Below the pieces are notes generated by a model. It searched no databases. It was not told the DNA's origin and was given only the letters and a program-made list of their open reading frames with translations. The position numbers were made by a program, and so were the translations under genes. From Eledone cirrhosa (taxonomy: Eukaryota): a DNA stretch of 64,000 nt. Position 1 is the first letter of the stretch; each line of letters opens with the position of its first letter. The stretch is from positions 342,054,001 through 342,118,000 of the forward strand of contig OZ024743.1 in the NCBI GenBank assembly GCA_964016885.1, given 5' to 3'. Positions 26,740-39,730 of the stretch are shown here, one piece after another.

Positions 26740-29700
26740 TATATAGATATGTTTCTTTTATTTGCCACCAGGGCATCAAAAGTGGGACAAGTACAAGGGG
26801 GGAGTTTACACAAAAAGGCGTCCTCAATAAGGAGGAGGCAATAACAATATATAAAAATAATATATAACAAAAAATAAAATTTATAACTAATCCTCAATAG
26901 AGAGGAGGCGCCTTGGGGGTCGCACACACCCCCGAAAAAAGTGTGCAACCCTTTTCCTCAGGAACACAGAGAGGGGGTGCTCCCTCGTTCCTTCCTCCTT
27001 TCCACCTACAGGCTTATGTAAAGAGAAGGCCCATTCACACGGGCCATTCTCGCCACTTTCACCCACCTTTCATAAAAACGACTGGGGTGGAGCACCTCTC
27101 TCTCCATCCTGATCCTTCTTCCGAAATGATATCGGAAGAAACGGACCAGTTGTTGGCCAGAGAGAAAGGTGCCTGACCTCAGTCCTTTCAGACGCGTCCA
27201 CCATACAACTTCTTTCACCATGGCTATTACGCACAGAAACACCGCCTCTCCTTCATATTTGAAGGGGGGAGGTGGCTTGATCATTACAATAGACTCGGTG
27301 GTCAACCGGATCGGTCCCACCCTTGACATCAGTTGTTCGACATAGCCCCACAGATCGGCTACGCCCGAGCAGTGTACCAATGCGTGTGCAACGGTTTCCT
27401 CGTCGCACACGCATCTGGGACAGATCTTTTTGGCGGGGTGCCTACCCGGGCGCCCGTGTCTGTAGAGCTTTTCTCGAACGGGTAGAGCCCCTCGGTAGCA
27501 CTGCCAGGCCAGGGACTTCTGGAAGTTGTCCATAGGTCCCGGGCTGAATGTCCTACCGAACAGGCTGGCCAGTTCGTCCTCCTCCATGTCTAGGGCTTCT
27601 CCGAGGGCGTCGTCGCACCTGCTGCGTACCAGCCCTCTATAGAATGTTGCGGTGGAGTCTCCACTGATAGCCGGATCCGCCTGCCAGAGGGCGGTGAGCG
27701 CCTGGGCACACTCAGTGTGCCAGGCGCCCAGTTTTCTCTCTCTTTGCTTGACCCAGGATTTCAGCTCGGTGAGTGAGACGAGTCTGGGAAAGGTTCGTCT
27801 CACAAACGAGGCCCACACCGGTTGACCGGTGAGGAATACGTAGAGGTGCCGTAGCCTTAATGCGTGTTTACGCATCATTAGCCACGGCATCCCCAGCCCG
27901 CCTTTCGAAGGGTGTTGACAGCAGATGGATCTCCTCACCATAGGAGCCCGCCTCTTCCAAAGGATTTGTAAGAGCGCCGCTCCATCTTGGCGAGGGTTTC
28001 CCTTGGGCAGGGCACTACGGTCAGGTGGTAGTAGATGACGGACGCTATATAGGTGTTCGCCACCTCCGCCCGACCTTTCAGGGATAGTTTGCAACTGGCC
28101 CACTTCTGGGTCAGTGCAAACACCCTGTTCGTAACCTCCGCCCAGTTTTTCTCCACCTGGATGTCCGGTCCGAACCAGACCCCGAGCAACTTCACCGGGC
28201 CCTCCGTCCAGCGTCCGTCGACGCCATCGGAGGGCATCTGTCTGCCCCTCCACGTGCCGAGTTGCAAACCGATCGACTTGTCCCGGTTCAGCTTAGCTCC
28301 TGTGAACCTTTCGTACTCCTCCAGTAATGTGCCGACCGCCTCGATTTCGGAGGCCGTCGACACCATTACTGTCACGTCATCGGCGTAGGCCGACACCGCT
28401 TTCCGCAATCCCGGTTCCAAAGAGATACCCTGCAACTACTCCAACTTCCGCAGTAGTGGCTCGAGAGTCAACACATACAGAAGGGAGGAGAGAGGGCACC
28501 CTTGTCGGATGGACCGCGCGATTTTGAACGGCTCCGAGAGGTAGCCGTTCACCTTGACCCTAGAGCAGATGCCGCCGCTGTGCATAGCAGTGATCCAGCC
28601 CCTGAAAACGGGTCCGAAGCCTGCCGCCGCTAGCACCGCATCCAGGTAACCATGGTCGACCCTATCGAACGCCTTAGATTGATCCAAGTTGATCAGAGCC
28701 CCACCAAAGCCGGGTTCGTTCCCAACCCTCTCTATGATGTATCGCATGAGGTGGAGGTTGTCATGGATGGACCTGGACGGGATAGCGCATGTCTGCGCAT
28801 CTCCCACCAGGTTGCCCACGACAAGCGCCAACCTCTTTGCTAGCACCTTGGCCAAAATCTGTAACTCTGTATTTAGCAGAGTTATGGGCCTGAAGTTACT
28901 TATTTAGTCCCCCTTGTTCTCGTCCTTCCTCACTAGCGTGACTACGCCCTTGGTCACAGTACAGGGAATTATCCCGTTCTGTTGCCAGTTGCAGTAGACC
29001 GCCTCGAGGAGATCGGGGAACAAGTCCGGCATAGCTAGATATAATTCGTAAGGAAGACCATCGAGACCCGGGGATTTGTGTTTGCCGCATTGGCCCAGCA
29101 CGTCCTCTATCTCAGCGGCCGAAATCGGCTCCTCGCAGCCCTTCGCCTCCCTGTCCGAGAGACGCGGCAGGCCGTCGAGGTATGGACCGAAGTCCACATT
29201 CCCAACCGGCTCCTCGCCCCTTCCGAACAGTCGGGCAAAGTGCCTTTGAAAGGCCTCACACATCTGCTTAGGCTCAAGAATCCCCGTCCATCCAGGTCTC
29301 GCAAAGACCGGATGGTGGATTTAGTTCCACTGTTGGCCTCTGTCCCGCGGGCCCAGCTAACAGCTTTGGTCCCCTCGTTCCCTAGAGCACGTATTTTACT
29401 TCGGACAACGCAGCCTTCGTGCTTCGCGTCGAAAAACTGGCTCAAAGCCGTTCTCGACGCAAGCACTCTGGCCACGTCGCCGCTTCTAATTGCCTCTTCT
29501 ACTCTATCTATTAGCTCCCTTTCCTTCCTATTCCTATCCGCAGCTAGAACCTTACTAAATTCTATCGAGACTACTCTAATCTCTCTCTTTAGAGATACCC
29601 ACCACCTGCTGTTGACGATCGCTCCAGTCAACCGTTCCTTAACTAACGTACTAATCCGATCCCTGTAAGTTCTACTTGCCGGCAAGGACAAGTTGAGCTT

Positions 29701-29794
29701 CCAGTAACCGGGGCCCTGTCTATGCGTTCTATCAAGGTTGACCATGCAGGTCACCAACTTGTGGTCTGAATAGCCAACCATGAGCATTTCTGGA
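26740..29794 (-). mobile_element. Tx1/L1-clade LINE, 5'-truncated ORF2 with 3' UTR
   Basis: SDHKLV..GPGYWKLN, KSPGLDGLP, DQSKAFDRVDH, IRQGCPLS, SAYADDVT, CPRC..ETVAHALVHC across frameshifted ORFs; GC-rich; candidate TSD CAACT. Confidence 0.93.
27006..29787 (-). pseudogene. Tx1-like APE-RT-CCHC ORF2, frameshifted
   Basis: ORFs 29107-29787, 28904-29263, 28436-28855, 27935-28435 and 27006-28253 tile one polyprotein. Confidence 0.9.
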
Positions 29795-30530
29795 CAACTT
29801 AAAAGTCCCTGTCCTTATTTGAGGAGGAAGAACTCATAGCCATAAATTGAATTAGACTAAATTCAGCTGCTGGCCCTGATGGATTCCCAGTAATCCTCGT
29901 AAAAATATGCAAACGAACATTATCAATACCACTCTTCCAAACTTCACTTGCAAATCGTAACCTACACGGAGAGCTAAAGAAAGGCACGATATGTTATGGA
30001 TGGAGCCATGGACATCTTACCCTGATTTAAGAAAGTATTAGTAAAGAAAATTAGTATGACGTGGGCCATAGAAAATTAGCTTGCGGCCTAGCAAAGGCGT
30101 TTGAGAGCCCTATGTTAAACTGATCAACAAGTAGTCAATGACAACTGTATTAACTGCCATTAGACGCCCTCCAGTGGGATGTTACACTCACTACAGAATC
30201 AAGGTGATAATGTTCGGCGATTACTTAGCAAGATGAACGTCGGCGATCCCCCGCTACCGAGCACCCACTTAACCTTTTATAAAACGGCTTCAGAGGACCT
30301 TATTGATAGGCACTGCCTCGCTCGATCTATTAAGGACCTCTTAAATCTGAGACATCTACATGGTGTGGGTGTAGATGTTTTCAAGAAGCATCTCGACTTT
30401 CTACTAAACAACATCCCAGATGAATCCACAGCTCGTGGTGAAGTACAATTAAGGGCAGCAACGACAAATGTCCTTTTACATCAATGGCCAACCAAGGTGT
30501 GCCGTCTCTACAGTTTATGGTGTATATAAG
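29795..30530 (+). mobile_element. CR1-group LINE continuation and 3' end (RT largely deleted or replaced)
   Basis: NSAAGPDGFPVILVKIC at 29860-29910; LRHLHGVGVDVFKKHLDFLLNNIPDE..RAATTNVLLHQ at 30345-30490. Confidence 0.72.
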
Positions 30531-30944
30531 TGGATGTGAGATAAATTTAATGTAAATAGAGCTATACTTGTTTTTATTAGAAATATCAGTTTGAAAAGAA
30601 CGAATAGTAAACTGAATACGATTCTCCCTGAGATATATTTCTTTCTTTCTATCAGAACATACTATTGCTGCCACGAGTAGTCATAGAAGAACCTTTTCGA
30701 TCAACCCACCGATTATTCACTTAAACCTCAAATATGACAATGTGAGAGGTGGATGACTACACTGGGCAGGTTTCTATTTATCGGTTACGAAAGGCTGAAA
30801 TTTGTGTTACTTGAATTCAAAGATTTGGTGCAAAGATCCAATACTTTAACAATTCTGCCAAACCGATCGCCAATATATTATATATGATACATACATGCGC
30901 ACGCACGCACATACACACGGACACGCACACGCATACACGCCTAA

Positions 30945-31060
<116 letters not shown>

Positions 31061-31922
31061 GTCTGTTTGTGTCTGTGTCTGTGTATGTGTCTATGTTTGT
31101 TTGTCTATAAGTATTCATGTATGTACGCATGTATATATGTAAATAAGTCGCCTAAGTGTATGTGTTACCATATACAATGTCCATTACCCTTTAATGCTGA
31201 AACACTATACTACAATGTTGTCGAATAAATTAGTTAATTTGTCGATTGTCTGCTGAAATATCCTTGAATCTAACGGAAACAAATCGCATATACATAAAGT
31301 ATCGAATTCATCACTCTAGATAAACAAAATATCTTTTCAGTCATACAGATAGATTAAATCACCAATAAATATCTAAATAATGCATTATTATTGAACATTA
31401 ATTGTAATGACATAAAAATGTTGTATTGCGAATGGAATAATTGATAAAGTATGTTGAATTAGTTAAGTTCGTACACCGGAGGGAGACGAGGATACTGACG
31501 TTTCGCGCCAAGCACGTTGTTAACGAAAGATTATATTTATATTCTTTTTATGATAATAAGATCACTGAGAATATAGATTTGATGTACGTGCGGACGATAT
31601 AAAGAGGTGATTTACACAAACGCACACACATACATTTGTGGAGTGAGGGTGCGTGTGTTTATTTTTTTTTTATTAAAGGTATAGAAAATAGAATATCTTA
31701 CAGTTACTGATCGATTTCATCTCAATGGACAATCAGATGAATCTTCATTGAGATTAAACTTCATTGAGATTAAACTTTTCCGCAACTGAGAGAATTTGTA
31801 TACCTTCAATAAAAAATATATATATATTCTACTTTAAACATGGGTTTAAAATATGTTATTATTAAAACTATCAGTCTCTGAAAGGTAACCATCATATAAT
31901 ATAAAATATAATATAAGATAAT

Positions 31923-32090
31923 ATAATTGTTTCTACTTTTGGTACAAGGACATCAATTAATCCAATGTATTACTGGTACTTTATTTTATCGACCCCGTAG
32001 GGATGAAAGGCAAAGTTAACCTCGGTGGGATTTGAACTGAGACCGTATCCCGCCGAGGTTAAGTTTGCCTTTCATCCCTACAGGGTCGAT
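31923..32090 (-). mobile_element. 5'-truncated SINE A with fold-back of its own central region
   Basis: 31988-32032 is inverted at 32047-32090. Confidence 0.8.
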
Positions 32091-32251
32091 ATATAATATA
32101 ATATAATATAATATAATATATATATATATAGAGAGAGAGGGGGGTATGAGGTTAACAGAACAGTGATTTGTGGATCACATTATAGTCTGTCGATTGTGAA
32201 GCAGATAAAAAGAAGCGCTCAACGACTTGTGTAAATGGTACAAGACGGAGC

Positions 32252-32635
32252 AATATATATTAATAAGAGATCGGAGGCCCTATTCAGTTGATTCAGGTTT
32301 ATTTAAAATTCGGTTATACATATTTCACTGTGGACTATCAATTAAGATAGCCTGAGCTCTTAAGACAGCAAAACCTAAACTAGACATTGAAAGTTCCTAA
32401 TAAACCCTTACATTTGGGAAAATCTAATAATTATCCCGAAAAAGATGTTCTTTTCATGATACAGGGGGGCGGCCCGAATTTAAGGGTTTATTAGTAACTT
32501 TCAGCGTTTATTTTAGGTTTTGCCTTCTGAAGAGCTCAGGTTATCTTAACTGATAGTCCTCAGGGAAATATTTATAAAGGAGTTTTAAATAAACCTGTAT
32601 CAACTGAATATGGCTTCCGATCTGTTATTTATATA
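32252..32635. mobile_element. Inverted-repeat hammerhead element (arms about 32252-32410 / 32481-32635)
   Basis: Diverged reverse-complement arms; (TA)n flank. Confidence 0.72.
32523..32580 (+). ncRNA. Hammerhead-like motif, stem II degenerate
   Basis: CCTT-CTGAAGA-...-GAAA-TATTTA-TA^-AAGG. Confidence 0.55.
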
Positions 32636-32857
32636 TATATATATATATATATAGTATTAAGGATACTATTTATGGTTATGTATATACTAAAACCTTTTAT
32701 AGTTATATATTTATTATACCCTTAATAGTGAAAGACAGTAATTTATTACTATCTTATTACCAGTAAGATAAATAGCTCAATGTAACAACATCAGTTGTTT
32801 TACAGAGCAGTTATATAGAGATTACATGAAACAAAGTTCTGTTTAAATCATTTATCT

Positions 32858-32902
32858 GCTTACAATTGTTTCTTCCAAACCGAGGTTTAGAGTCTTCGGA
32901 GC
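32858..32902 (-). ncRNA. Hammerhead-like motif with core mutation (CCGAAGA)
   Basis: GCT-CCGAAGA-cTCTAAACC(tc)GGTTTGGAa-GAAA-CAATTG-TA^-AGC. Confidence 0.55.
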
Positions 32903-33514
32903 AATTATTCAGTGATTTTTAACATACTTGACCTCCTTTTCAACACAAGTGACATATAGAAACATATGTATATATTGACCTACAGTGGGTTGACATCCAT
33001 TATAATAATATAGCATGGTAATTTACATACAAAGATTACAGTCATATTAAAGGACAAAATTAATTTTAAAGAGTGGAATTCTGGGGTGATTTAGCTGCTC
33101 TAATAGGCAGTCCTAAGATTGTTTTTATTAACAATTGTATTATATAATACAGTCTCTCTAACTCCATATCTAATGCGTTCAAATTCTCTACACATTTTAA
33201 CTATAATCTATGATATTAAATTACCCATAATAGTTATTTTTTATCAAATTCTATTGACTTCAAATAATTGCAATATTTTTTAATATCAATGCTCACTTAT
33301 TTTATAATTTGAGTCAATTTTATCATAGGTTGTTGTTGTTGTTATGTATTTCTAATACTTTCACTGATTGAGTAGATTTGCGATAAGACGCATTCCGTCT
33401 ACAAGCACTCTACACTTTCCTAGACGGTAGAGTGTGATTTGAGGGCAATTTTGGCAGCAATTTCTAGTTGGTCGAGCGACGACGTAGAAACTTGCTCAAA
33501 CATTGCTTTGGTTT

Positions 33515-33919
33515 ATTGCGACAAATTATTACATCTCGCAGTCTACTTTGTGTTGATTGTCATCTTTAGCTATGAGCTAAGTTTATAATTATTAAATTAT
33601 TAACTATTGTCTAATAAATAATTGTTTCTACTTTAGGCACAAGGCCAGCAATTACCCAGTGCATTACTGGTACTTTATTTTATCGATCCCGTAAGGATGA
33701 AAGGCAAAGTCAACCTCGGCGGGAGGTTGACTTTCATCCTTACGGAGTCGATAAAATAAAGTACCAGTAATGCACTGGGTAATTGCTGGCCTTGTGCCTA
33801 AAGTAGAAACAATTATTTATTAGCCAATAGTTAATAATTTAATAATTATAAACTTAGCTCATAGCTAAATATGACAATCAACACAAAGTAGACTGCGAGA
33901 TGTAATAATTTGTCGCAAT
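33515..33919. repeat. ~405-bp palindrome centred in a SINE A
   Basis: Unique flank plus SINE 3' half mirrored about position ~33722. Confidence 0.92.
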
Positions 33920-33926
33920 CTAATAA

Positions 33927-34120
33927 ATAATTGTTTCTACTATTGGCACAAGGCCAGAAATTATCCCAGTGTATTACTGGTACTTTATTTTATCGACCCC
34001 CGTAAGGATGAAAGGCAAAGTTAACCTCGGCGGGATTTGAACTCAGAAGGGCAAGGGCCGTAACTCTATGCGTCAAAGCATGGCGTCTGACCCTCTACCG
34101 ATACTGCCATTCCACCACCA
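33927..34120 (-). mobile_element. SINE A, full length
   Basis: All SINE motifs present; flanked by the direct repeat TCTAATAAATA. Confidence 0.9.
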
Positions 34121-36289
34121 TCTAATAAATACCGCAATCTAATAAATAATGCTTATTGTTTATAATACATACTGTATGTATTTAATACATTTGTTAATAT
34201 ATCTATTGTTAATCTCAGAAAAAAAGAACACTAGAGATGTTGTAGTTGCGTATATACTATGCCTGGTAAAGATTGCTGCCATTTTCTCTGCTGGAATACT
34301 TTTGTCCTGCCTGTACATTTCTCAACATTGTCATTGCTGAGCAAAAGAGAAGGATCTATGTTGTCATTACACGTGCTAGAAATAGTAGACTATTTTCATC
34401 AAATCAAATCATAACCTGTCGTCTTAATGAATGGAAGAACGCATTGGAAAATGTAGTCCTAGACATACACAAAGAATGGTCACGGTTGAAATAATTTTCA
34501 ACATAAGTCAATTCGATCTCTGATAACATGTAGCCAAATAACAATAACACCTACTATATATCAATATTAACTAGAAGAACAAATAATATCAGACACCAAT
34601 ACAACATATTTTCTGCTTACTGAAATAAAACTGTCACCGGAGTTCAGAAAATGCGAGCGCCTTGTAGTAACAAATGGGAAATAAACATTGAAAGAGAACG
34701 GTGTCAGTGGCCTTGCCTTGTAGGAAAATCGATTAAAGTAACTAATATTAGTTGTAGCTGAATGATAAAGGTGGTTTTCAATTCTCAATTAACGTAAAAC
34801 ATACTTATAGTTCCAAGCAGTCTTAATAAGGAAATATAAGCAAAGTGCTAATAAAAAATACAAATTCAAGTGAAATATAGTCGTGTATTGTCTAACACAT
34901 AAATATAGACATTACCAACGTCATGAACAGAGCTCTCTCCTTCAAACAAAAGCAATAAAAAAGTAACATATATTTAAATGAAACGTTATTTAATAAACAC
35001 ACGGGAAGATATACAGAGAAACCTGCTTACATCGCCCCTACTCCTTTAAGTGCGACACTGGAGTAATTGGATGGAATCTGAATAAAGATAGTAACGACTA
35101 CCACTACTATCTATGGGCAATAGTGCCACAGTAGTTCTGCAATTTTCAATGGATATTTCAGCATTGTCTTTTCCATCATATCTTCATGGAAAATTTAGGA
35201 GCCTAAATTCCCAACCGTATAGTGGGGATAAAACTGGATTAGATTGATGGCAACTACCTCGATATACCCACGAGTTTAAGAATGAAGTATACACACTTAG
35301 TCGTAAAGGAAGTAAAATTCATATTTAAACGTTGTGCAGCACGAAAGCAGATGGTATATTCCATTTAACGTCATTGTTTATGGAGAAGTCAGCTCGTCAA
35401 CGAATTTTGAAGCACCGTTCACTACCCCTCTAGCCAATGATTGGAAAAGAAACTGTGTGATTTTGAGCTAGAATATTAATTTGAAGTTTCCGAGACAAGG
35501 GATGTTCTTCTTACACTTCAGAATGCATGTGAATATGTCAGTGTCAACGCCAGAACCTGAATATAAGACACAGAGTTTGACGCTAGATATCACGAACCAA
35601 TAGAAGCTGCCGTTAATGAGAAAAGAGATAATTGTTTCTACTTTAGGCAGAAGGCCAGCAATTACCCAGATAATAAAAGAGATAATGAAGGCGATGTAAA
35701 CGACAATCAATTGTCCAAGAAACAGAAACACTCATATACTTGAATAGCTCGATGACGTCATAAAATTGTATTATCAATATCTGTGAAACTCAAAGCAACT
35801 CCTAATCAGGAAGCAACATCAGCAAAATGAAACAATTGCTACTTGACACATCCCCTAAGCAAGTTCAACTCAACTACAGCATTAAGCAAGCTGGCGATAT
35901 TCATGACAAGCCTACTGCTGACTCAGATTTCTAAGAATATAAAAAACTGACCCGTGGAGCATCATTTCTCAACGATCTAAGAATGACAAGCTATCAACTC
36001 TAACTATACCACACCCGACGCATTAATCTCTTCTCTGATTTGCCAGATATACATTTAACATCACTTAATTTAAGAACATTATATCGTCATAAGTTAGCTT
36101 GTCAGAGCATATATCATGATTATCCGTTATGGGGATAGCATATTCAGATATATATATAAGCAAATAAAAACATTACTCACTACAGAAAGTAGAGTTACAT
36201 TGGATATTCAAGTGTCTTTTGTGGTTATGAAAAGGGAAAAGGAAGGGAAAGGTAAGGGTTCTAGTGTCACAGAAGAATGGGAAGTGTGA

Positions 36290-37280
36290 AGGGGGAGAGT
36301 GATGCGCGGTGGTATTAAGGCAGCGGGCAAAACCACAAAAGCATTTCCAAGTACTATGGCGAGTGACACCTCAGACGGGCCGCTGACGCTGATATCTTGC
36401 AGAGAACCTTGGCAGTACGAGGTCCATGTACGCCTGAGGTCTCGACGGCAACCGATGCGAAGAGGAAGTGGCCGGACAATCCCTGGTATTTGTTTATCTT
36501 CCTTCCCTCTAAATTGTAGGCCCTAGTACCGTGGTCTGTGGCCGATGCGACTTAGATGGAGGCGCAGAACGTGTCACAGAATGTGGAGTCCTAAATGAGG
36601 GAACTACCTCCTTCGAATAGGAAGAGGTTTATTCCATCGGGGCACTTGCCGTCTCCATGGTCAAGGCTTCCTGATTCCATTTTGATGGGATGCCAGCATA
36701 TAGCCTAATTGTATATGTAAATATTTACTCTGTATGCGTGAGATCTGCATTTACTACGGCGGACAGGATGGCGAAGACGAAAATATTGCCCCGAAACTCT
36801 ACGATGAAGACGTGCTGGAACAGCCACTCAATCTCGAGGGGCGCGCACTTGCTGGTAGCCAACTCCGCCCAGATAGCAGTGAGTAGCGGTGTGGTCCAGG
36901 GGCCAAGAATCGGAAGTGTTCCCTGTAACAAGCTCAATCACAATCCTATCAGAAAGCGTTCGATATTTTGACAGGTTGCCCTCTTCCACCTGGCCGGCAG
37001 CAAATATTGTCATGCCGTCTGCCCCTTTGCCGTCACCTCGGTCATCCCCACAGGCTCGGGCTGGTAAGGGAAGCTTGTAGAATCCAGACCATGCTTTATA
37101 ATCTTGTTCAGATCCGTATGGCGTATGATTGGACCAGCACTATAACAGCAAGATAGTGGGTAGGGTCCAAAAGAATCCACAGTGGATCCGCAGCGGTATT
37201 TGTGAGGCTCACAGATCCGGAGGCGCCGCCTCGGGAAAACACTGACGTGCAAACAGCCGCTGGCCAGCGGAGTACCAGTA
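36290..37280 (-). mobile_element. Two CRE-like RLE fragments (36290-36690, 36725-37280)
   Basis: Manual translation GDGKCPDGINLFLFEGGSSLI*DST..VAVETSGVHGP; EWLFQHVFIVEFRGN; HKYRCGSTVDSFG; GC-rich. Confidence 0.7.
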
Positions 37281-37892
37281 AAAAATCTATACATAAATTG
37301 AATTAATGATATCAATATGTGTAATTGTTCTGTACCGTAATGTTATGTTTACAATATATATATATACTCATATATTTGTATATATTATAATATGAATTCA
37401 TTATTTGTATGAATTATTTATATTGCCTCTCTCTCTCTCTCTCTCTATCTTTCTATCTGTGTGTTTGTGTGTGAGTATATCGAGAGAGAGAAAAGAGTGA
37501 GAGAGGGGCGGAGAAAGAGAAACAGAGAAATTGAAACATTTGGTAGTTGTTTGGTATCTGGAGGTCATTATTCAACACTGTCCATTTATAGATATACACA
37601 AACACGCATGTGTATACATCGTGTATGATAGAGATAAGATGTGAAAGGTCATTAATACGATTATACGATTTTTAGATAATTACCTCTTCATGATACGAAA
37701 ATAAACATCTGTATATCCAACAATACTTAATGTGTTACAAATGTTATTATTTTTTATGACAAATACTTCGGGTGTAAACGATTAGTTTCTACAAATAGGA
37801 AATTGAGCAATGTCCAAGTCTCTACGTTCTCATTTGACATATTAGAAATAGCAACCAGCTATAATAAATAAAGACATGTTGGATAATTCAGT

Positions 37893-38460
37893 AATAATTG
37901 TTTTTCATCTAAGCACAAGAGCTGAAATTTGTGTGGAGAGGAAAGTCGATTAAATCCACCTAGTATTTGACTGGTTCTTTAATTTATCGACTCCGTAAGT
38001 ACGAAAGGCAAAATTGACCACAGCGGGATTTGAACTCAGGAACACATTAAACAAAGCATTTTAATCCACACCGTAACAATTTCCCAGTTCAGCGCTCTAA
38101 TAATGGTGTGTACTTTTGGCACAAGGACAGCAATTTGAAGGGGAAAATTGATTAAACCAAATCCTCGATGGAACGTTAAGGAACGTAACTATATAATGGA
38201 AAATATATTTCCGACACTCAACTGACACTACCAAATCGATCATAATAAGGGTTTCTGATTTAGGCACAAGGCCAACAATTTTGGAGGAGGGAAAAGTCGA
38301 CTAAATCGACCCCAGTTTGTTACTGGTGCTGTATGTTATCGACCTCTTAAGGATGAAAGGCAAAACTAACTCGGCGTGATTTCAACTCAGAACGTAAGGG
38401 GCTGTAACTCTATGATGCGAAGCATGATGTCCGACACTACCGATTCTTCCAATCCACCGT
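37893..38460 (-). mobile_element. Older/longer SINE subfamily copies (37893-38040, 38245-38460)
   Basis: SINE A motifs plus an extra GGAAAAGTCGA.TAAATCGACCCC segment. Confidence 0.78.
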
Positions 38461-39309
38461 CAGTCAGCGCTCTAATAATGAAAATAAGTCTTGAATATGT
38501 TTGTGGTTAGATCTGCTTTAATAATCGAAGAGAAGTTCGATCCACTACCTGTGTGTCATTGTACTGTACCAGATATACGCTACTAAGACATTCATTGGTA
38601 AATTTCATATGATGCAATATTACAAACTAGACATGATGCATTATCTCATCGAAGTCTGTTTATTTATGTTGTTTTGTGGGCGAGAGTGTAGTAAAAATAT
38701 AAGCCTACTAGGTCTTTGTTTTCAGAGAATACATATCAAATTAGTGCTAACTTTAAATCCATAATGTAGGTGGTCGGTCGGATGTTTTGGTATCTAAGCG
38801 TACTAAATAACAGAAATAATTTGAATTAAACGCTAGTTATATTTGTAACCGTGTAGATGTCTTCTTAAATAAATTAGTATAGAAAAGATAAATTTGTGTA
38901 CTCTATGACCAATACACAAATGTAAAAATATTTTAAAAAGAATTAGTGAAGTGGAGATAATTGTTAACAACAGTTATGAACTGCGTTACCAATATACAAA
39001 TTTATACATTGAAATATACGACGGTTATGATATACAGAGTGATATTGATCAATGAAGCAAACAAAAGCGGTCTTCTAATTACATCAATGAAAATCTTTTG
39101 ATATTGTAATGTTGTTGATGTTGGTATTCGTTTCAGTAACTTCCCCCATAGTCTTGTTATATTGCCAGTGAAAACAATATAAACTTACGTGTAAACACTA
39201 ACAAAAAACAAACAACTGACCGGGATAATTTTGACGCGATAAGACAAAAAAGAATCTTTGAAATAATATTTCTTTCTCGCATCACAAGGCCATCACATTT
39301 GTGGAATGG

Positions 39310-39730
39310 TAAAGTTGATGTTGGTGGCACTTGAACTCAGATCGTAAATAGACGTAACTAAATGCCGCAAAGTATTTGTTCCAAACGCTACTGATAAAGC
39401 CAATCCACCGCCATTTTTGAAATAATAATAATTTCTTATATAGGCACAAGGCCAGCAGTTTTGGCGGAAGGGGAAGTCGATTAAATCGACCCCAGGGCGT
39501 GACGGGTACTTTATTCTATCGACCCCGTAAGGTTGAAAGGTAAAATGAACCTCGACGGGATTTGAATTCAGATCACAAAGGGCCGTATGCTGCAAATCAT
39601 ACCGATACTACCAGCCCACCTCCAATTTTGAAATAATGATAATAACGGTTTCTGATACAGGCACGAGACCAACAATTTCTTTTTGTCGATTAAATCAACC
39701 CCAATGCGTTACTATTACTTTTATCGATAT
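39310..39730 (-). mobile_element. Cluster of diverged SINE copies (main copy 39425-39622)
   Basis: SINE head, central and tail motifs. Confidence 0.75.

Noticed and set aside
29078-29668. 196-aa plus-strand ORF
   Set aside because: Antisense shadow of the GC-rich Tx1 ORF2
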